From: Nitrosopumilaceae archaeon
Lineage (GTDB): Archaea > Thermoproteota > Nitrososphaeria > Nitrososphaerales > Nitrosopumilaceae
Length of the DNA: 29,288 nt
Direction: 5' to 3'
Assembly (NCBI GenBank): GCA_036749235.1
Contig: DAINYW010000020.1
Span: 1 to 29,288, forward strand
Positions within the stretch are counted from its first letter, which is position 1. Every line of letters starts with the position of its first letter. The position numbers were made by a program, and so were the translations under genes. The notes under the pieces are model-generated. The model ran no database searches and was not told the DNA's origin. It saw only the letters and a list, made by a program, of their open reading frames with translations. Of the stretch, positions 24,980 through 29,288 are shown one piece after another.

Positions 24980-26428
24980 TTAGGGATTATCAACGATCGG
25001 ACAATCAATGATATAGTTTTTGTTGAGAACTGATGCGTCTTCGATTTTGATGTTACCAGTTGATTTTTCAGAATCAATGTCGGCAATATTTTCTAAAATC
25101 TTTGCGTTTTGGGGGTCATTCCATGTTATCAAAGAGACTTTGCATATAGGAATGTATGCAGAGTCGCCTGGCTGGCTGCTGGTAATTCCTTCTTGATAAC
25201 CAAATGGCCCAGTACCTTTGAATCCATTAGTAAAATGATACAGGTCTCTTGCAGACGAAGCTGTAGTCATAAGAGATGGGGTATATTGGATTCCCATCAT
25301 GTCCGCTGGACCTTCTGGAGTGCCACTAGCAACAATATAGTAGATTGTCTGACCATTTGATCCCCAACCTCTGTGGCCTACAAAAGTTACGGTCATGTTA
25401 CCGGTGTTAATATCAAGTGCCTGTCCAGTACTGTATGAATTTTGATCTGACAAGACTTTGTCTGATCTAATATTCATCTTACCACTTGGCCAGACTATTT
25501 GTGGAGTATTCATGACAGTATCAGTAGTTGTGAGTCTAACCCGACCTGTCATGTTAGCGTCAAGAATTTGTTGCGTTGAATTTAGAATTGCGGTACTTCG
25601 GCCAATGTTCCAGGTTACCTGAACTTCCTTACTTAGTGGCAAGTAGTCCCTATCGGAAGGCACACTGGAAAATACCTCATCCTGAAAGCCACGAGCTCCA
25701 TTTCCTTCGATTCCGTTAGTGAACACATACACCTTTCCTAATGATACGGGCGCTAGATGAGCCAGACCTGGAGAGGCCTGTACTTTCCAGTTCTGTTTGT
25801 CTGAGATCTGGTTAGCTTCTACATTGTTGCTAGAATCAGTTATGATATAGTAAACAGATAGACCATCAAAGAGTCCTTTGTGCATTGGTATCCTTACAGG
25901 AATCGTCGTGTTGACAAGTTTGATGGTATAGTTTTCAATGGTAGGAAGAGTTTTTTGTATAGCTTCGGGGTTTGTTTCTCTTATCCATCCATCGAAGCTT
26001 GCTGTTGCGGTAAATTGACTAGAGTCCATAGAATGAAGGCTAAGAGCCGAGCCGCTAAAATCAAGAGTGCCACCGTTCGAGCCTGAATCAATGGATGTCT
26101 GAGCATATAGCGTGTTCCCATCAACTGTCCAAGTCGGTTGACCCTTAGATTCATCTTTGTTAATTTTGTGGAGAATGATAACCTGTACTGGTTCACTTGC
26201 ACTATATGTTAGGGATCCATGATAGATTGAGCCACTACTTGGTGGTAATATTATTGCCATCTGTTCATTACCGTGACCTTGACCAGGATCTTGTGTTGAT
26301 GTCACGGTTTGAGTAAATTGAATTTTTTTTATTGTTCTTGCGTTAGCAAGTTGGTCACTAAGTAAAGGAACAGTAAGTATCACGCCTGCAATGATCGCAA
26401 TAATTGCAAATAGAACGAATCTATTCAT
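24980..26428 (-). CDS. Secreted/anchored hypothetical protein with internally duplicated domain
   Basis: 482 aa with an N-terminal transmembrane helix or signal. Two homologous modules of about 135 aa (aa ~177-313 and ~345-479) share the landmarks H.G, YYI, FTNG..G.G..G(F/Y)Q, SS.P.D.(D/A)Y.P and V...TW. Confidence 0.6.
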   Translation of the reverse strand: MNRFVLFAIIAIIAGVILTVPLLSDQLANARTIKKIQFTQTVTSTQDPGQGHGNEQMAIILPPSSGSIYHGSLTYSASEPVQVIILHKINKDESKGQPTWTVDGNTLYAQTSIDSGSNGGTLDFSGSALSLHSMDSSQFTATASFDGWIRETNPEAIQKTLPTIENYTIKLVNTTIPVRIPMHKGLFDGLSVYYIITDSSNNVEANQISDKQNWKVQASPGLAHLAPVSLGKVYVFTNGIEGNGARGFQDEVFSSVPSDRDYLPLSKEVQVTWNIGRSTAILNSTQQILDANMTGRVRLTTTDTVMNTPQIVWPSGKMNIRSDKVLSDQNSYSTGQALDINTGNMTVTFVGHRGWGSNGQTIYYIVASGTPEGPADMMGIQYTPSLMTTASSARDLYHFTNGFKGTGPFGYQEGITSSQPGDSAYIPICKVSLITWNDPQNAKILENIADIDSEKSTGNIKIEDASVLNKNYIIDCPIVDNP

Positions 26429-26472
26429 AAGGTCTGAATGTCTGATTTGGATAAATATGCTTTTAGTAAGAT

Positions 26473-27873
26473 CTAGGTTTTAGCAAGCTCAAACTCATCA
26501 TGTAATGCCTGTACTGCAGCATTACAATCAGAATCCTTGACCACAAATGCAAGGTTAAGCTCTGATGAACCCTGTGCGATCATGATGACATTTACACCTT
26601 TTTTTGCTACAGATGTAAAAACTTTGGATGCTACTCCAACTATTCCTCTCATACCAGATCCTATGAGTGCAATAATTGAGACGTCTACTGTAACATCAAC
26701 TTTTTTTATTATCTTGCCAAGCAGATTCATCTCAAGTGTGTTTACAGCCTTGTCTAGATCATTCTTTTTTACAATGACCGAAATGCTAGACTCGGACGGG
26801 CTTTGGGAAATCATCATTATGTTGACGCCGGCTTTTGCAAGAACAGAGAAAATTGTAGCGGCAGTACCGGGTGCTCCTACCATGCTTCCTCCTCTGACAT
26901 CAATCAATCCAGTATGCCTTATCGTACTGACGCATTTGACAGTTTTTCTGGTATCGGCTTGTGGTGTGGCAGTTACAAGCGTTCCTGGGTTTTTTATGTT
27001 AAATGTATTTCTTATTCGAAGAAGAATTTTTTTTGCGACCAACGGTTCAAGAGCTCTTGGATGGATGTATTTTGCGCCAAAAAGCGCCATTTCCATTGCT
27101 TCAACATAAGATACCTCTTTGATCAGCTTGGCATTTTTTACGATCTTTGGGTCTGTAGTCATCAGACCATCCACATCACTCATCAACCATACCTCATCAG
27201 CCTTTACGCTTGAAGCAACTATTGTTGCAGTATAATCGGAACCTCCTCTTCCAAATGTCGTTATGTTACCGTGTTGGTCTGCACCAGCAAAGCCTCCAAT
27301 AATGGGCATTATCCTTTTTTGTAAGAGATTTTCAATGGTATGCGAAACATGCAACCTTGTGGTATCCATAAGGGGCTTTGCTCCACCAAAGTTAGAATCA
27401 GTGACTATCCCAATGTCTTTTCCTGTAAGTGGAATTGCCTTGACTGCTATGTCATTTAGTGCATAAACAATTAGATTGATAGATAGTCTTTCACCAAATG
27501 ATATGAGATAGTCAGAAGAGCGTGGAGTCACCTCTCCAAGTAAGAGCATTCCATGCAATAGTTCTTCAAGCTCCTCAATGTCAGTTTTCATCCTGTTTGC
27601 CAGATCTTTTCGTACCTTTGGGTTTTTGGCGCATTGATTTGATACATCCACATGCATCTTGATAATCTTCTTTGCAAGCGAGTTAGCTGCTTCCTTGTTT
27701 CTATTTTGAATTAGATTTGTTATTCTAATTAGATCATCTGTGACTCCACTTACCGCGGAAAATACTGGGATAATCTTGTGTTCTTTTGAAAGTGATTTTA
27801 TCAGATTTGCAACATGGCGTATGTTTGAAGGTGAGGAAATCGATGTTCCACCGAACTTTAGAACTAGCTTCAA
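26473..27873 (-). CDS. lysC: Aspartate kinase
   Basis: 466 aa with an N-terminal KFGGTS, the amino-acid kinase fold (GRGGSDYTA) and two C-terminal ACT-like repeats. Uses a TTG start. Confidence 0.9.
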   Translation of the reverse strand: MKLVLKFGGTSISSPSNIRHVANLIKSLSKEHKIIPVFSAVSGVTDDLIRITNLIQNRNKEAANSLAKKIIKMHVDVSNQCAKNPKVRKDLANRMKTDIEELEELLHGMLLLGEVTPRSSDYLISFGERLSINLIVYALNDIAVKAIPLTGKDIGIVTDSNFGGAKPLMDTTRLHVSHTIENLLQKRIMPIIGGFAGADQHGNITTFGRGGSDYTATIVASSVKADEVWLMSDVDGLMTTDPKIVKNAKLIKEVSYVEAMEMALFGAKYIHPRALEPLVAKKILLRIRNTFNIKNPGTLVTATPQADTRKTVKCVSTIRHTGLIDVRGGSMVGAPGTAATIFSVLAKAGVNIMMISQSPSESSISVIVKKNDLDKAVNTLEMNLLGKIIKKVDVTVDVSIIALIGSGMRGIVGVASKVFTSVAKKGVNVIMIAQGSSELNLAFVVKDSDCNAAVQALHDEFELAKT

Positions 27874-27909
27874 ATCAGTATAACCTGTCTATATTATCCT
27901 TAAATGCTT

Positions 27910-28656
27910 TTAACTTTCTACTCTTGGAGCTAGATAGAAATGAATTCTACCTACGTTTGCCACCTTAAATTCTAGTCGTAATGGCATCTTAGTTGAATAT
28001 TCGCATACAACTGTTCCTGCCACGGTACCCACAGCTTTGACAATGCTATTGAGGTATTCCAGACTGTAAGTTGCGGTGCTTTCTTCTTTGACTTCAATTT
28101 CAGGCATTTCAGGCATTCCTTTTTCAAGCGTTACAACTGCCTCTCCAGAATCACCTCTTCCTGAAAATTCTGCTTTGTTGGAATTGGAGTTAATTGAGAG
28201 ATATTCTGAGACTACTTGTATGTCTCCAAGTATTTTGTCAAATTCAGCAGATGTTACTACAATCTTTGCGTTATAAGTAATTTTTGGCAGTGGAGTATCT
28301 GTTGCGGAGCTTTCTATCAATCGCATCTTGTACTTTTTGTTCTTACCAATTGTAACTAGCAACAAATTATCTTCTGAAATGCTTATCTCTATGCTTTCCT
28401 TCTTATCGGCTCTCTTGATTAGTTTGGAGAACTCGTCTATTCTCACTCCAAACTTGACATCCTCATCGCATGCATATTTTTCAAATGCAGAGTTTGGCCA
28501 TGCTATATCAATTAACGCGACATGGGAAGGATCCATTCCTCTGAAGGCGATTCCCTCACCTGTAGCCTCAAAGGTGGCCTCTTCAACGAGGGTCGATATA
28601 GCAGATATTACCGCTTTCCATTCATCAGGACCTCCCGTTTTAGCAGAAAATACCAA
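27910..28656 (-). CDS. pcn: DNA polymerase sliding clamp (PCNA)
   Basis: 248 aa with archaeal PCNA layout (EATFEATGEGIAFRGMDPSHVALIDI..., C-terminal PLRLEF...YLAPRVE). Uses a TTG start. Confidence 0.9.
   Translation of the reverse strand: MVFSAKTGGPDEWKAVISAISTLVEEATFEATGEGIAFRGMDPSHVALIDIAWPNSAFEKYACDEDVKFGVRIDEFSKLIKRADKKESIEISISEDNLLLVTIGKNKKYKMRLIESSATDTPLPKITYNAKIVVTSAEFDKILGDIQVVSEYLSINSNSNKAEFSGRGDSGEAVVTLEKGMPEMPEIEVKEESTATYSLEYLNSIVKAVGTVAGTVVCEYSTKMPLRLEFKVANVGRIHFYLAPRVES
28096..28116. repeat. Tandem 9-bp duplication (atttcaggc x2 plus att) inside pcn
   Basis: Read directly from the sequence. It encodes MPEMPEI on the minus strand and is in-frame. Confidence 0.8.
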
Positions 28657-28691
28657 ACTTATTCACATGTCTATCATGTTCAAGTTAAACC

Positions 28692-29006
28692 TTATGCGTA
28701 GTTTCGCCAGGTGTAGCTACATTTGACGCAGCGATAAAATTGTGTAGTTGGTTCATCTGCACTTCTTGTTTGAAGCATCCACCAAACAGCTTCGTTGTTT
28801 CCACATTTTGTACACTCGATTTTAATTACAGGCAATGATTCTTTTTTTTCTTTCTCATCTAGTACGTTTATGGTGGAACTGCTTTCTGTCTTTACATGTT
28901 TTGTAGCCTTTGTTCCTTTTTCACTGTATCCACATTTGGGGCACACAAATTCAGAATCAGAGCTATCTATCTTTAATCGTGCTTCACACTTGGGACAAAA
29001 TTTCAT
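28692..29006 (-). CDS. tfs: Transcription factor S (TFS; RpoM/TFIIS-type)
   Basis: 104 aa with an N-terminal Zn ribbon CPKC...CPKC. The C-terminal ribbon CTKCGN...QTRSADEPTTQFYRCVKC carries the acidic DE hairpin. Confidence 0.9.
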   Translation of the reverse strand: MKFCPKCEARLKIDSSDSEFVCPKCGYSEKGTKATKHVKTESSSTINVLDEKEKKESLPVIKIECTKCGNNEAVWWMLQTRSADEPTTQFYRCVKCSYTWRNYA

Positions 29007-29288
29007 CTAGACACCCTTAATCTTGGAATGAATTGCCTTCTTTAATTCATCTGAATATTCCAAGGCCGCTTTTGTAGCCTTTTCAATTTCCTTCATTGGG
29101 TTGCCTTTTGATGTGTTCACACGCATCGCGTATTCTTTGGTAAGTGGATGTTTCAATACTACTCCTGCAAACTCTACTGTAGGGTCTTTGAGTAGTTCAT
29201 GTTGTACTATGTACAGCGTGCTAATGTCTGATTTTCTTATGTCCAACAGAACTTCCTTTGAAGAAGATTTTTTGAGCTGAACATCCAT
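29007..29288 (-). CDS. rpoL: DNA-directed RNA polymerase subunit L (Rpo11)
   Basis: 93 aa. HELLKDPTVEFAGVVLKHPL is the RpoL/Rpb11 signature. The ATG lies exactly at the window edge, so the true start could be further upstream. Its stop directly abuts the tfs ATG. Confidence 0.8.
   Translation of the reverse strand: MDVQLKKSSSKEVLLDIRKSDISTLYIVQHELLKDPTVEFAGVVLKHPLTKEYAMRVNTSKGNPMKEIEKATKAALEYSDELKKAIHSKIKGV

Noticed and set aside
26537-27213. Two long plus-strand ORFs (190 aa and 136 aa)
   Set aside because: Both are antisense to aspartate kinase, whose reading frame is unambiguous. They are typical shadow ORFs. The same reasoning applies to 3590-3919, 7164-7472, 9612-10121, 10881-11156, 20098-20454 and 28328-28726.
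1-29288. Window-wide look for CRISPR arrays, rRNA, IS/transposase or integrase genes, toxin-antitoxin pairs and known defence-system proteins
   Set aside because: No regularly spaced repeats were seen. No ORF has nuclease, ATPase, recombinase or transposase signatures that I could recognise. The absence is based on visual inspection only and should be confirmed with dedicated tools.

Overview
AT-rich archaeal chromosomal segment. The gene content looks like an ammonia-oxidising thaumarchaeon (Nitrosopumilales-like). All family calls come from reading motifs in the supplied translations; no searches were run.

Core genes:
- Information processing: PCNA, TFS, RpoL, TyrRS, tRNA-Val(GAC), and a tRNA-Arg(CCU) with a D-loop intron.
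- Cobalamin/F420-linked enzymes: BluB, CbiH/CobJ, an LLM-class oxidoreductase, a PPOX-family protein and a stand-alone MtrA-like protein.
- Other housekeeping: aspartate kinase, NMN adenylyltransferase, RtcA, cyclophilin, a PfkB kinase and a class V aminotransferase.

Between these lie many small lineage-specific membrane, secreted, coiled-coil and zinc-ribbon proteins.

Two accessory-looking areas stand out:
1. 1.36-2.70 kb: a decayed DUF72 gene. It has an in-frame stop and is split by an 834-bp insertion bounded by a perfect 10-bp direct repeat. The result is a chimeric ORF carrying an orphan membrane protein.
2. About 2.9-9.7 kb: a visibly more AT-rich surface-glycan cluster. It encodes a GT4 glycosyltransferase, a methyltransferase, an epimerase, an FAD oxidoreductase, a PIG-L deacetylase and a truncated nucleotide-sugar dehydrogenase.

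Other items worth a second look:
- a 39-codon Cys/His-rich mini-ORF that is not in the ORF track
- a cluster of tiny genes beside tRNA-Arg
- an ATGA-coupled DegT/MtrA-like gene pair
- a 482-aa secreted protein with an internal domain duplication

I saw no CRISPR array, rRNA, transposase, integrase or recognisable defence system. I cannot point to a clearly novel multi-gene system with confidence.
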